NCBI GenBank assembly: GCA_050331735.1
Contig: JBHJGN010000023.1
Location: 140,881 to 204,880, forward strand
Length of the DNA: 64,000 bases
Direction of reading: 5' to 3'
Source: Cyanophyceae cyanobacterium
GTDB taxonomy: Bacteria > Cyanobacteriota > Cyanobacteriia > Cyanobacteriales > JBHJGN01
This document shows positions 10,296 to 20,906 of this stretch, piece after piece (position 1 is the first letter of the stretch; every line of letters begins with the position of its first letter). The notes below the pieces were generated by a model, which was not told where the DNA came from, ran no database searches, and saw only the letters and a program-made list of their open reading frames with translations. Position numbers and translations under genes: made by a program.

Positions 10296-11465
10296 CTACT
10301 CCCGAGGAAACTCTCCAGGGCGCACCACAACGGTTCTTTGTTGCTGATTACGAATCACGACCACATCTAGCGAGGCTCCAATTTCGCTGGCTTCTACCTG
10401 TTCTTGAACCTCAACAGCCGATTGTGTAGTCTGTCCTCCGACGTCAACAATTACATCTCCAGGCTGCAAGCCCGCTCTTTGGGCCGGGGAGTTTTCCACA
10501 ACGCGCACAATTAATACGCCTTCTGCTTGACTCACCTGAAAGTCAAAATCGTCGCTTTGATTGATTTCTTCTTGCACATTGTCGTTGAGGGTTACCATCT
10601 GAATCCCGAGATAGGGATGGTCGGCTTGTCCGGTGGCAAATAGCTGCTCGGCAACTCGCTGAGCCGTTTCTATGGGAATGGCAAAGCCGAGTCCTTGGGC
10701 ATCAGCGCGAATGGCGGTATTGATGCCAACCACCTCGCCTTGGGCATTGAGCAGAGGCCCCCCAGAGTTACCGGGATTAATGGCGGCATCAGTTTGAATA
10801 AACCGTACGCGCTTGTCGGGAACGCCAACCTGAGAGCTAGAGCGGTCGATGGCGCTGATGATGCCTACTGTCACCGTATTATCTAATCCGAGAGGATTGC
10901 CAATGGCGATCGCCCATTCGCCCGGAGTCAGAGATTCTGCATCGCCAAGCGTCACAGTTGGTAAATCGTTCGCCTCAATTTCGATGACGGCGATATCCGT
11001 TATCGGGTCCGTCCCCAACACCTGACCCTCAAAAATCTGCCCATTCTTGAGAGTCACCTTGACCGTATCGGCTCCTTCCACAACGTGGGCATTGGTAATC
11101 AGGCGACCATCGGCGCTCAGAATAAATCCCGACCCGGTCCCGCTCTCAAAACGCTCCGGTGGCGGGAGCTGATTGCCAAAAAAGCGGCGGAAAAACGGCT
11201 GCGTAAAATCTGGTTGACTGGCAATGGTTCGAGAAGAGTCGATGCGGACAACGGCGGGACCCACTTTTTGAACGGCGGCGGCAATAAAATTCAATCGCTC
11301 TGGGGAAGCAATCGATGGCAAGGCCGGACGGGCTGAGACGAGAGGTTCGCTGGTTGGCTGGCTCAAGTAGCGAGCGCCAACGATTCCGGCTCCGCTTCCG
11401 ACTGCTAATAGACCAAGATAGACACCCAGCTGTTTCAAAGATACACTCATAGATTTGGGTTCCAA
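10296..11465 (-). CDS. HtrA/Deg serine protease (HhoA/HhoB family) with PDZ domain
   Basis: GTGSGFI, ITNAHVV, TDIAV, IQTDAAINPGNSGGPL; C-terminal PDZ. Confidence 0.93.
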   Translation of the reverse strand: MEPKSMSVSLKQLGVYLGLLAVGSGAGIVGARYLSQPTSEPLVSARPALPSIASPERLNFIAAAVQKVGPAVVRIDSSRTIASQPDFTQPFFRRFFGNQLPPPERFESGTGSGFILSADGRLITNAHVVEGADTVKVTLKNGQIFEGQVLGTDPITDIAVIEIEANDLPTVTLGDAESLTPGEWAIAIGNPLGLDNTVTVGIISAIDRSSSQVGVPDKRVRFIQTDAAINPGNSGGPLLNAQGEVVGINTAIRADAQGLGFAIPIETAQRVAEQLFATGQADHPYLGIQMVTLNDNVQEEINQSDDFDFQVSQAEGVLIVRVVENSPAQRAGLQPGDVIVDVGGQTTQSAVEVQEQVEASEIGASLDVVVIRNQQQRTVVVRPGEFPRE

Positions 11466-11503
11466 TTAATGATGCCCTAACTGGACACAACACACTAAAA
11501 ATT

Positions 11504-12748
11504 ATGACATTCGTTGAGGGAGCATCACAAACCCAAAGACCAATCGCCGTCGATCTCTTTGCAGGGGCTGGCGGCATGTCCCTCGGCTTTGAACAGGCCG
11601 GATTTGACGTTTTAGCCGCTGTCGAAGTCGATCCGGTTCACTGTGCTACTTACGAGTTTAACTTTCCGATTGGGTCTGTCATCTGCCGGAGCGTCACCGA
11701 CGTTACCGGAGCCGACATTCGAGAGCGCTCGGCCATCGGTAGCCGCGAGATCGATGTCGTCATGGGAGGAGCGCCCTGTCAGGGCTTCTCGATTATCGGG
11801 AAGAGAGTGGCTCACGATCCCCGCAATCATCTCATCTTTGAGTTTGGCCGACTTGTGCTCGAGCTGCGACCGAAATATTTTGTCCTTGAAAACGTTCCCG
11901 GTATGGCGTGGAACAAATACAGACCCCTCCTGAAGGGTCTGATCGAGACCCTGCGTCAAGACTACCAGATCGCTGACTATCGCATTCTCAATGCAGCTCA
12001 CTACGGAGTGCCGCAGACGCGCAAGCGGCTATTTCTCCTCGGCAGTCGCCAGAATCTGCCTCCCGTTGCCTATCCGCCACCGCTAACCACTCCCCCAAGT
12101 TCGCCCCCGTTGCCTGAGCTACCGCCTAGTCCAACAGTTGCCGATGCTCTGGGGGATTTACCAGAGGTAGAACGCTATCCAGAACTGCTGCACCGAGATT
12201 GGGTATTGACTGAGTTTGGTCCGCCAAGCTGCTATGCTCGTTCGCTGCGTGAGGGGAGCCAAGCTCATCACTATGCCTATCGCCGCGCCTCCGATCCGCA
12301 ATTGCTCTCCTCTAGCTGGCTCACCCACCATACGCCTGCTTCTATCCAGCGTTTTCAGGCTACGCCGCCGGGGTGCAAAGAACGTATCAGCCGCTTCTAT
12401 CGCCTGCATCCCCAAGGCGTATGTAATACCCTCAGAGCCGGAACCGATCGGCAGCGAGGCTCTTTCACAGCCCCCAGACCCATCCACCCCGAGCGAGCGC
12501 GATGCATCACCGTCCGAGAAGCGGCGCGGCTGCACTCTTACCCTGACTGGTTTCGGTTCCAGGTCACAAAATGGCATGGGTTTCGTCAGGTGGGAAATTC
12601 CGTACCGCCGCTGCTGGCTCAGGCGATCGCCGCCGAAATCATTCGCTGCCTCGGAGTAATTCCGATTCAACCGGGTCAACGCTACCAACTCGGCGACGAA
12701 ACCCTACTACAGCTTACCTGGTCTCAAGCCGCGCGACTGTATCTCTAG
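11504..12748 (+). CDS. Orphan DNA (cytosine-5) methyltransferase, resembles the HIP1-associated CGATCG methylase (M.Ssp6803I/DmtC type)
   Basis: DLFAGAGG, PCQGFS, ENVPG, QTRKR, NTLRAGT..FTAPRPIHP, REAARLHSYPDWF, QVGNSVPP; no adjacent endonuclease; specificity is recalled similarity only. Confidence 0.85.
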   Translation: MTFVEGASQTQRPIAVDLFAGAGGMSLGFEQAGFDVLAAVEVDPVHCATYEFNFPIGSVICRSVTDVTGADIRERSAIGSREIDVVMGGAPCQGFSIIGKRVAHDPRNHLIFEFGRLVLELRPKYFVLENVPGMAWNKYRPLLKGLIETLRQDYQIADYRILNAAHYGVPQTRKRLFLLGSRQNLPPVAYPPPLTTPPSSPPLPELPPSPTVADALGDLPEVERYPELLHRDWVLTEFGPPSCYARSLREGSQAHHYAYRRASDPQLLSSSWLTHHTPASIQRFQATPPGCKERISRFYRLHPQGVCNTLRAGTDRQRGSFTAPRPIHPERARCITVREAARLHSYPDWFRFQVTKWHGFRQVGNSVPPLLAQAIAAEIIRCLGVIPIQPGQRYQLGDETLLQLTWSQAARLYL

Positions 12749-12907
12749 CAATTAGTTAGACAAAATTGTATAACTGTGTAAACAAATACGTCACTCCACT
12801 CGTTTTATGTATACAGTATTCATTGACGCTCATTTGATGATGTGTTAATCATCCGATGCGAATTTTTAGTCGCGTCATGCAGAAACAGGAACTTAAATTT
12901 ATTGAGC

Positions 12908-14527
12908 ATGTCTTTCAATCTCTTTAATTGTCGTCGGCATCAGCTTTGGCAATCTGCGGTGCTTCTCTCTCTTTCAGTAGCCAGCGCTGGCTGCCTCAAC
13001 ACAGATACAGCCGTGAACGATGCCGGGGACGGGGAAGCCCCTGGCGGCTCTCTCACCTGGGCTAGGTATGGAGATGTCGATTCTCTCGACCCCCACCGCA
13101 CTACCACGACTCTTTCCTGGCAGATTTTCGATCAAATCTACGATACCTTGCTGGCTTTTGACGATGACGGCAACGTACAGCCGAACCTCGCTCAGGAGTG
13201 GACCATCAGCGAGGATGGGCGTGAGGTGACGTTCGTGCTCAACGAAGGCATTACCTGCCACGACGGCACTGAATTTACTGCCGAAGATGTTAAGTATACT
13301 GCTGATCGCGCCCTCAGTGAAGAGAATCCAAGCGTGACGAAAGCAAGCTGGGGCAAGATTCAAGCAGTCGAAGTGGTTGACCCGCAAACGGTGACGTTTA
13401 ATTTTGAAGAACCCTTTGGAGCCTTTATTCCCTTCATGGCCGATCCCTTTGCCAGCATGATCTGCGATAGCGCCGCCGAACTAGGCGATCAGTTTGGGGT
13501 CAGTGAAGCCGTGGGGACAGGACCGTTTAAATTGGTAAGCTGGACTAAAGGCGATCGGGTCGTGTTAGAGAAAAACCCTGACTACACCAACTACGGTCGC
13601 CCCGTCGAAAATCAGGAGGCCCCGTATCTCGATCAGCTCATTGTTCGACAAATTCCCGAACCCCAAACCCGGCTAGCGGGACTGGAAACCGGAGAACTCC
13701 AGCTTATTGCCGAACCCCCCCTAGAGCAAATTGAGGAGATTGAAGCCGATCCTAATTTAGAAAACTACGTGGCCACTAAAACCGGTCAAAACGTCTTTTT
13801 TGAGTTTACCGTCTCCCGTCCTCCCTTCGACGATATTCGAGCGCGTCGCGCCGTGGCTCACGCTGTCGATCCTCAAGCAGCCATTGAGATTGCCTTTGGG
13901 GATTTGGTCAAGCGCGAAGAATGTCCCGTAGCGCGGGGGGTTGTGGGGAACGATCAGGAATTATGCGATCGCTTCGGCTACGAACACGATCCGGAAAAGG
14001 CCAAGGAACTGCTCTCAGAACTCGGTTACGGTCCCGATAACCCTTTAAATGTCAAGCTACTTACCTGGGTGGGCGGCAATCGGGAAAAAGTCGTGCAGGT
14101 GTTTCAAAGTCAGCTTGCTGAAGTTGGCATCAACGCCGACATCGAAACCATGGACATTGGTACGCTCAACGCGAGAGTCAAGCAGGAAAACGAAAAGGAC
14201 AGCGGCACTAGCACCTTCGACATGATGGGCTGGGCCTGGTACGACCCCGATATTCTTTACTCTTTGTGGCACTCCCCAGGAGCCTACAACGGCTACCACA
14301 CCCCCGAACTCGATGCCATGCTAGAACAAACCCGCACCATCGTTGACCCCGAAGAACGCCTCGAAGCCGTTCAGGAAGTTCAGGAGTACTTGTTAGAAAA
14401 CGCCGTAATGGTTCCCCTCTACACTCCCGGCTGGCTATGGGTTTACACCAGCCGCGAAGCGGTGGATGGATTCAAAATCGGCCCCTTCAATCGTCCGCTA
14501 TTCAACGACGTCAGGCTGGACACGTAA
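12908..14527 (+). CDS. ABC transporter substrate-binding lipoprotein (peptide/nickel, family 5)
   Basis: Lipobox SAGC; SLDPH, IYDTLL, PNLAQEW, HDGTEFTAEDV, GTGPFKL; ATG 12908 preferred over ORF-track start 12842. Confidence 0.9.
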   Translation: MSFNLFNCRRHQLWQSAVLLSLSVASAGCLNTDTAVNDAGDGEAPGGSLTWARYGDVDSLDPHRTTTTLSWQIFDQIYDTLLAFDDDGNVQPNLAQEWTISEDGREVTFVLNEGITCHDGTEFTAEDVKYTADRALSEENPSVTKASWGKIQAVEVVDPQTVTFNFEEPFGAFIPFMADPFASMICDSAAELGDQFGVSEAVGTGPFKLVSWTKGDRVVLEKNPDYTNYGRPVENQEAPYLDQLIVRQIPEPQTRLAGLETGELQLIAEPPLEQIEEIEADPNLENYVATKTGQNVFFEFTVSRPPFDDIRARRAVAHAVDPQAAIEIAFGDLVKREECPVARGVVGNDQELCDRFGYEHDPEKAKELLSELGYGPDNPLNVKLLTWVGGNREKVVQVFQSQLAEVGINADIETMDIGTLNARVKQENEKDSGTSTFDMMGWAWYDPDILYSLWHSPGAYNGYHTPELDAMLEQTRTIVDPEERLEAVQEVQEYLLENAVMVPLYTPGWLWVYTSREAVDGFKIGPFNRPLFNDVRLDT

Positions 14528-14685
14528 AATCGCTTCGCGACTGGGGAAAGGGGAAATAGTTCCTGTCGGAACGGGGAAAGAACACAAAACGGAAAAACAA
14601 GCTTGACAACTCCTCCCTTTTCCCTTACCCTTTCCCCGTTGCAGAGCAACTTCCCCCTTTCCCCTTTCCCGCGCCTGCGGCGCTT
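14528..14685 (+). repeat. Composite purine-tract/micro-hairpin dispersed repeat
   Basis: GGGAAA tracts, GTTCCTGTCGGAAC (14559), GTTGCAGAGCAAC (14638), GCGCCTGCGGCGC (14671), TTACCCTTTCCCC half as at 196-460. Confidence 0.85.
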
Positions 14686-14687
14686 AA

Positions 14688-15614
14688 TTGATGGCTAACT
14701 ACATCTTCAAGAGAATTTTATCGGGGTTACTCACCATTTGGATTACGACTATTGCGGTGACGTTGTTGATCCATCTGGTTCCGGGAGATCCGGTGCAGAT
14801 TATGTACGCCCAATCTCAGTCAACGACCCCAGAACAGCTAGAGGAAATTCGCCGCAATTTGGGGTTAGACCGACCCATTTACGAACAGTATTTTATCTGC
14901 ATGAGTCGGGTGCTGCGCGGGGACTTTGGCACGACCATTCGCGGCAATCAACCGGTATTAGAGTTACTGTTGATTCGTCTCCCCAATACCTTAACTCTGG
15001 CGTTTACGAGCCTCGTCATTACGATGGTTGTAGGAGTCTCGCTGGGCTTTTTTGCGGCTTACAAACGCGATACCTGGATAGACACCACTTTAATGACAAC
15101 TTCAATCATCGGCATTTCGATTCCGAACTTTTGGTTGGGGTTGATGTTGATTTATCTCTTTTCGATTCGGCTGGGGTGGTTTCCCGTATCAGGAACCGAC
15201 TATCAAAACCTAATTCTGCCTGCCTTCACCCTCGGTATTGCCAACGCCGCCGCCGTATCGAGATTAACGCGATCGTCAATGATTGATGTCTTTTCTCAAG
15301 ACTATATGCGCACAGCACGGGCCAAAGGATTGCCGGAGAGGATCGTCCTCTCTCGTCATGCGCTCAGAAACGGTTTGGTGAATGTTGTCAACATGCTCGG
15401 ACTCCAGTTTGCCTACATGATGGGCGGGGCGATTGTCATTGAAAACGTCTTTGCCTGGAACGGATTGGGAAGACTGGCGATTCAGTCGATCTTTCAGCGC
15501 GACTATCCGGTAATTCAAGGGTTTATTCTCATCTTTGCCACCGTGGTTGTCATCGTTTCGATTGTATTGGATCTTCTCTACGCCTTGATCGATCCGCGCA
15601 TTACTTACAAATGA
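14688..15614 (+). CDS. ABC transporter permease (DppB/OppB type)
   Basis: VPGDP, LGLDRP, DYMRTARAKGL EAA loop, RDYPVIQG. Confidence 0.92.
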   Translation: MMANYIFKRILSGLLTIWITTIAVTLLIHLVPGDPVQIMYAQSQSTTPEQLEEIRRNLGLDRPIYEQYFICMSRVLRGDFGTTIRGNQPVLELLLIRLPNTLTLAFTSLVITMVVGVSLGFFAAYKRDTWIDTTLMTTSIIGISIPNFWLGLMLIYLFSIRLGWFPVSGTDYQNLILPAFTLGIANAAAVSRLTRSSMIDVFSQDYMRTARAKGLPERIVLSRHALRNGLVNVVNMLGLQFAYMMGGAIVIENVFAWNGLGRLAIQSIFQRDYPVIQGFILIFATVVVIVSIVLDLLYALIDPRITYK

Positions 15615-15781
15615 AGTGTCGTACAGCGTTTGATTAAAGCGGGCACGGTCTAGTTTTTTGTTGATTGTTGATTGTTGATATTCTGACTTCTACGCAATTC
15701 CTCTCAGTGAGTAGGGAAAGAAACAATTGCACTGACGACTGCCGACTCACCTATTTTCTCTGTAAGTTCATCTGGCTACTT

Positions 15782-16672
15782 ATGACTCAAGAACTAGCTG
15801 ACCGTCATCCTACGTCAATTCGCCGCAGTTTTCTCGGGGATGCTTGGGAGTTTCTCACACTTCTCTTTCGTTCCCCCAGCGCTAAAATTGGGAGCGGTAT
15901 TTTCTTCGTGTTAGTGGTTACAGCACTGTTTGCTCCGCTCATTGCTCCCTACGATCCCTTTGAATTGGGGGTTGGACAGGGACTCATGCCACCAAACCCG
16001 CAACACTGGTTTGGCACTGATGAGTTTGGACGAGATTTGTTTAGCCGCATTGTCTACGGTACGCGGCTGACGCTGCAAATCGGCGCGATTGCGGTAGGCA
16101 TTTCGATGACGGCAGGGGTATTAATCGGTTTAGTCGCTGGCTATGCGGGAGGTTGGCTCGAAAACATTTTGATGCGGGCAGTGGATGTCCTGTTTTCGTT
16201 TACGGAAATCCTGATTGCCCTGGCAGCCGTTGCCGTGTTGGGCCCAAGTTTGACTAACGCTATGATTGCTGTGGGCATTAGTTCGATTCCCTTCTATGCC
16301 AGAGTGACCTATGGGGCCGTTCTGGTAGAGAAAAACAAGGAATACTTCAAGGCGGCAAAGGCGTTAGGGGCCAAGCACAGCCGCCTAATTCTCCGTCACC
16401 TGCTGCCTAACGTTCTGTCTCCGATTATTGTGGTAGCCACCGTTGGCGTTTCGACGGCAATTTTGGCGGCTTCTGCCCTGTCTTTCCTCGGTCTAGGCGC
16501 ACAGCCGCCGTCGCCCGAATGGGGAGCAATTTTAGCGGCTGGACGCGACTATTTCCGCACGGCCCCCTGGATGACGGCGTTTCCAGGAGTGGCGATCGCA
16601 CTGACCGTCCTCAGCTTTAATCTGGTCGGGGATAGTTTACGCGAAGCCCTCGATCCGCAACAGCGGCGCTAG
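15782..16672 (+). CDS. ABC transporter permease (DppC/OppC type)
   Basis: HWFGTDEFGRDLFSRIVYG, EYFKAAKALGA, LSFLGLGAQPPSPEWG; ATG 15782 preferred. Confidence 0.92.
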   Translation: MTQELADRHPTSIRRSFLGDAWEFLTLLFRSPSAKIGSGIFFVLVVTALFAPLIAPYDPFELGVGQGLMPPNPQHWFGTDEFGRDLFSRIVYGTRLTLQIGAIAVGISMTAGVLIGLVAGYAGGWLENILMRAVDVLFSFTEILIALAAVAVLGPSLTNAMIAVGISSIPFYARVTYGAVLVEKNKEYFKAAKALGAKHSRLILRHLLPNVLSPIIVVATVGVSTAILAASALSFLGLGAQPPSPEWGAILAAGRDYFRTAPWMTAFPGVAIALTVLSFNLVGDSLREALDPQQRR

Positions 16673-16827
16673 AAATAGAGTGTTGTGCTGGTCCTGTTAA
16701 ACTGACAGAAGGATGGCTCTACTAAACGGCTTTAGCAATTAAGCCTGTTAGGGCTGTTTGAAGTAGAAACCATTTTCCTAAAAAAAGTACTTAGCTTATT
16801 AAAACTCAACCTTTTGGATGTGCCCCC

Positions 16828-17262
16828 ATGAAAGAGCTAAACCGAGAAACAGCCATTGAAGTTCTCAATAAAATTATGGAATTTGAGCTAGCGGGAGTTG
16901 TGCGCTATACTCACTATTCACTCATGGTTACAGGACCGAATCGAATCCCCATCGTGCAGTTTTTTCAGGAGCAGGCAACCGAGTCTCTCACTCATGCACA
17001 GCAGGTTGGAGAAGTGCTGACGGGTTTAGAAGGTCATCCAAGTTTACGCATTGCTCCCATTACTGAAAGCAACGAGCACGATCTGCAAACCATCCTATCT
17101 GAAAGTCTTAACCACGAAAAGACATCTTTAGAGCTATACAAAGAACTCCTTGATGTTGTTGAGGATGCTAGCGTTTATTTGGAAGAATTTACGCGAGGGA
17201 TGATTGGGCAGGAAGAACTACACAACATTGAAATTAGAAAAATGCTGCGGGATTTTCTCTAG
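16828..17262 (+). CDS. Bacterioferritin/ferritin-like diiron protein
   Basis: ELAGVVRYTHYS, ESLTHA, EELH diiron ExxH pattern. Confidence 0.8.
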   Translation: MKELNRETAIEVLNKIMEFELAGVVRYTHYSLMVTGPNRIPIVQFFQEQATESLTHAQQVGEVLTGLEGHPSLRIAPITESNEHDLQTILSESLNHEKTSLELYKELLDVVEDASVYLEEFTRGMIGQEELHNIEIRKMLRDFL

Positions 17263-17384
17263 CGAGAAACAATTGTGACAACCGATAAGAACGTTTAGGT
17301 ACTGCGTTTTGACCTAGCCAATTGCTCCTCAGACAGACAAAACTCTGTCCAAAGCATATTTCATAGCATGGGAGTTTGAGTTGC

Positions 17385-19394
17385 CTAGGCCCATCCCAAC
17401 TCGGAGGCGCGATCGCGGGCGAGTTTTGGCACATCGGTAGCCACAAAATGTTCGTGCATCATCTGCACACTGAGCAGATGATTGATCACCGCATCTAGCT
17501 GCACCCGTTGGGACACTGGTGTATTTTCATCTCCATGACGCTGAAGCACCTGCTGCACTCTTTGATAATCCAGCAAGCTACTCTCGGTGATCGCCTGCTT
17601 AGATAAATAAGTATCGGCTAACCCCTGCATGGCTTTTTGCTTCTCTAAATCGGTATGAGATGGGGGAGCCATGAATGCAAATTTCTGCCGTTCGTACAGG
17701 GCTTTGGGCAGCAGCGGACGCATCATTTCCCGCAGGATATATTTATCCTGACGACCCCGCAGGCGCATATTAACAGGTAAGGTGACGGCAAATTCTACTA
17801 GGGGATGGTCGAGAAAGGCCGGACGCGCTTCTAACGAGTTGGCCATATCTACGCGATCGCCGGCCCACCCGAGAACCTGCGACTCAAACTGAGTTTTGAT
17901 CCAGACATACTGCGCTTTATCAAGGGGATGGCGACCGTCGAGTTGCTCTCGATCTAGGGTTTGAGCGATCGCCGCACCGGGAGAATACTCCCGCGTGGCG
18001 GCACGACGGTCTGGATGTAGCAAGTTGGGAACTAATGAGGCAGCCGATAGCCAAGATTGCAAACAGCTAGGGGTGAAACCTATTAACTCAGTCAGGGCCG
18101 GATCGTCAATGGTATTTTCTGCTAACAAATTGCCCTTAAACAAGCGATTGCTCTCTTGTAGCCAGGCTTGCAAATCGGCTTTTTCCTGGGGTGGGGCATT
18201 GTCCATGCCGTGGAGAATATAGTCGAGGCGCAGTTGTGGGTAACCCGCAAACAGTTCGTCCGATCCCTCTCCAGTGACGACGACCTTATAGCCAGAGTGA
18301 TGCACGTATTCACTCATCAACAGCTTGGCAACGGTAAAGGTATTGTAGATGCTGCGCTCAGTGTGCCAAATCGTCCGCTGAAAGTGTTCGTAAAGCTGCC
18401 TGCCGTCGATAGTGAGGATTGCTTGGTCGGCGTTAACTGCCTGCGCCATTTCCCGTGCGATCGCCGTCTCATCATAATCTTGGTCATCAAAGCCGATGGT
18501 AAACGCTTTTACGGGTGACTGCTGACAGGCGGCGGCAATGCCCATGATTGAGCACGAGTCAATCCCTCCAGAGAGATAGCAGGCCACGGGAACATCAGCT
18601 TCTAATCGTAACTGAATCGCTTCGACGAAGTGATGACGTAACTGCTCAATATAGGCTTCATCTGGTAGTATGGTTCCCCGTTCCGAAAGCGGGGGAAAGT
18701 TCAAATCCCAATACTTTTGCTTGCGAACCTGCAACCGTCCATCACGACGCTCAAACATCACCATCTGACCCGGTTCGACCGCATAGATCCCTTCAAAAGC
18801 CGTTGTCCCCGGGACCATTAACTGCATTAATTGGTGGTACAGCCCTTGAGAAGAAAAGCGTCGCTGAACGGCAGGATGAGCGAACAGCACTTTAATTTCT
18901 GAGCCAAACACCAATCCTTCTGGAGTGAGCGTCCAGTAGAGGGGTTTAACGCCAAAGCGATCGCGCACCAGCGTCAGCTTATCTGCCGACCGTTCGTACA
19001 CAGCAAAGGCAAATTCTCCCCGCAGATGGGGTAAAGTGGCTTCTAGCCCCAATCTATCGGTCAGATGCAGGACGAGTTCCGAATCGCACTTACTGAAAAA
19101 GCGATAGCCCCGCGATGTTAAATCTGCCCGCAGATACTTATAATCGTAAAACTCACCATTGTGGATCACCGCATACTGTCCGTCAGGAGAAATAAACGGC
19201 TGCTGCGCTCGGTCTGGGTCGAGGTCGATAATCGCTAGACGCGCCTGCCCAAAACCAATCCCGCGATCTTCAATCACCTTCCAGCCCGCTTTATCTGGTC
19301 CGCGATGAGACTGAATCGCTGCCATTGCTACCAGGGTTTCTGGAGACACTGGACGGGAAGGGTCGTGATGCATAACGCCGGCAATACCGCACAT
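17385..19394 (-). CDS. asnB: Asparagine synthase (glutamine-hydrolysing) family amidotransferase
   Basis: Start MCGIAG (Ntn Cys) at 19394; HRGPD, RLAIID, NGEFY, RDRFGVKPLY, LSGGIDS, GEGSDELFAGY, EARPAFLD. Confidence 0.92.
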   Translation of the reverse strand: MCGIAGVMHHDPSRPVSPETLVAMAAIQSHRGPDKAGWKVIEDRGIGFGQARLAIIDLDPDRAQQPFISPDGQYAVIHNGEFYDYKYLRADLTSRGYRFFSKCDSELVLHLTDRLGLEATLPHLRGEFAFAVYERSADKLTLVRDRFGVKPLYWTLTPEGLVFGSEIKVLFAHPAVQRRFSSQGLYHQLMQLMVPGTTAFEGIYAVEPGQMVMFERRDGRLQVRKQKYWDLNFPPLSERGTILPDEAYIEQLRHHFVEAIQLRLEADVPVACYLSGGIDSCSIMGIAAACQQSPVKAFTIGFDDQDYDETAIAREMAQAVNADQAILTIDGRQLYEHFQRTIWHTERSIYNTFTVAKLLMSEYVHHSGYKVVVTGEGSDELFAGYPQLRLDYILHGMDNAPPQEKADLQAWLQESNRLFKGNLLAENTIDDPALTELIGFTPSCLQSWLSAASLVPNLLHPDRRAATREYSPGAAIAQTLDREQLDGRHPLDKAQYVWIKTQFESQVLGWAGDRVDMANSLEARPAFLDHPLVEFAVTLPVNMRLRGRQDKYILREMMRPLLPKALYERQKFAFMAPPSHTDLEKQKAMQGLADTYLSKQAITESSLLDYQRVQQVLQRHGDENTPVSQRVQLDAVINHLLSVQMMHEHFVATDVPKLARDRASELGWA

Positions 19395-19886
19395 AGAAGA
19401 CCTCGTACTTAGAACTTTCAAGAAGTATAGTCAATTACTCAATGAAGATTCACGGTTTGTCAGGCGATCGTCATTTTAAGGACAGAGCAGTTAGTTTTTA
19501 GATCTATATTGAGCGTTAATCGAGTAAGGCGAATTAGATATGGTCAAGTAGTAAATAACTACGTACTGAGGGAAGTGAGACGAATTTTGTAACTAACTTG
19601 TGACTGCCAAAGGTTCGGTCTTAGGTCTGCATAGTTGCTGAATGATGCCGCTTATGGTGGGCTGAGATTGCACCAATAGGATTGAATAGATAGTTAGGTG
19701 CTTGAACGCATTCTCCTTAATGGAGAATTAATACCATTTACCGAAAGTAGTCAGATAGTTCCCCAAATCAACCAAGTTTTGGAGGTTCAAAGAGAAAGTA
19801 TTGCTGTGCTTGTCTTTACCCTTTACTTTTTCCTCTTTTACCCAACTCATCAAGTTTTTCATTACTTTTTCTAATTCGTATACACC

Positions 19887-20717
19887 ATGATGAAACCGCC
19901 AAGTCAAAGTCCTACCGAAGCAGAATTTGTAGTTTCCCATTTCATTAGCCTCCTAGCTGATGCGATAACTTTTTGTCACCTTGCAGAAAATCCAAGCCTT
20001 ACACGCTCTGCTAGAGCGTCGCTTGTTCGCGCTTCCATTTTGAATAGCGTTTTTGCATTAGAATGCGTTGCCAATATACTTCTGAAGAGCATTGATTTGT
20101 CCAAACATATTTACTTGCGTTTTGAAAAATTGCCTATTTTGGAGAAATATGAAGCAATATTATTTTTACTTTTTCCTGCACATAACTTTAATCGTGGGGC
20201 AAAAGAAGTTCAGGAAATTAAAGAATTAATCGCTTTACGTAATGCGCAAGTACACGTAAAGGTAAGGCACGAGGAAGCTGTAGGAAAATCAATAAATGAG
20301 GCATGGTGGGCTTTTGAGCCAAAAGATAACTCAAAAACCAAAGTCTTGAAAGTTCCCAAAAATTCCGATCGGTGGGATAGTTCTTATGGCGTAATGGCGC
20401 TACAGTCACTTGATACATTCTTAAAGCTATTTCTTATTGATTGGGCACATTTTTCTCCATACGATGTGTCTAATACCTTGCTTTACCAGGTGCAATTTGG
20501 GAACAAAGAAGCTATTTTAATGCCTGAAGATAGTATCAGTGCGCTGGATCTTGCTAAAAAGCATATGGGCTTGAAGCTAGATTTTATGGATTTAGATATC
20601 CCAAATGTGCGGGTATCATTTATAGACAAAGATGTTAGTAAATCCTTGTGCGCGAAGGTCAAGATAGTTCATAGCTCTAAGTTTCGCTTGTCAACGCCGT
20701 GTCTAACAATGGCATGA
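19887..20717 (+). CDS. Hypothetical protein, AT-rich, possible former gene cassette
   Basis: 276-aa ORF, AT-rich, no HIP1 seen; FALECVAN and LRNAQVH (Rx4H-like) motifs. Confidence 0.7.
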   Translation: MMKPPSQSPTEAEFVVSHFISLLADAITFCHLAENPSLTRSARASLVRASILNSVFALECVANILLKSIDLSKHIYLRFEKLPILEKYEAILFLLFPAHNFNRGAKEVQEIKELIALRNAQVHVKVRHEEAVGKSINEAWWAFEPKDNSKTKVLKVPKNSDRWDSSYGVMALQSLDTFLKLFLIDWAHFSPYDVSNTLLYQVQFGNKEAILMPEDSISALDLAKKHMGLKLDFMDLDIPNVRVSFIDKDVSKSLCAKVKIVHSSKFRLSTPCLTMA

Positions 20718-20785
20718 ACCCAACCGCCTTCGAGCTTGCGCTTCATAGAAAGTATCGTGGCGGCAGGTTACACCGGACCTTATCC
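20701..20785 (+). mobile_element. Degenerate integron attC-like site
   Basis: R'' GTCTAAC (RYYYAAC), 5-nt spacer, L'' CATGAACC, arm CCGCC...GGCGG, L' GGTTACAC; R' decayed to CTTATCC. Confidence 0.5.
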
Positions 20786-20906
20786 TGCCTCAGCTATAGG
20801 TTTTGGCAGTTTTTGAAAGCGCTTTGGTTAGCGGTAATCGGTGCGCGATCTCAACGAGTGGCTTACGCTCGAAGTGAGATTTAACTTTAGATGAGGTTTG
20901 TGGTCG

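Noticed and set aside
12768..12790. NtcA box upstream of the ABC transporter
   Set aside because: GTA and TAC are spaced 6 nt, or the N8 version ends in TAA; no consensus match.
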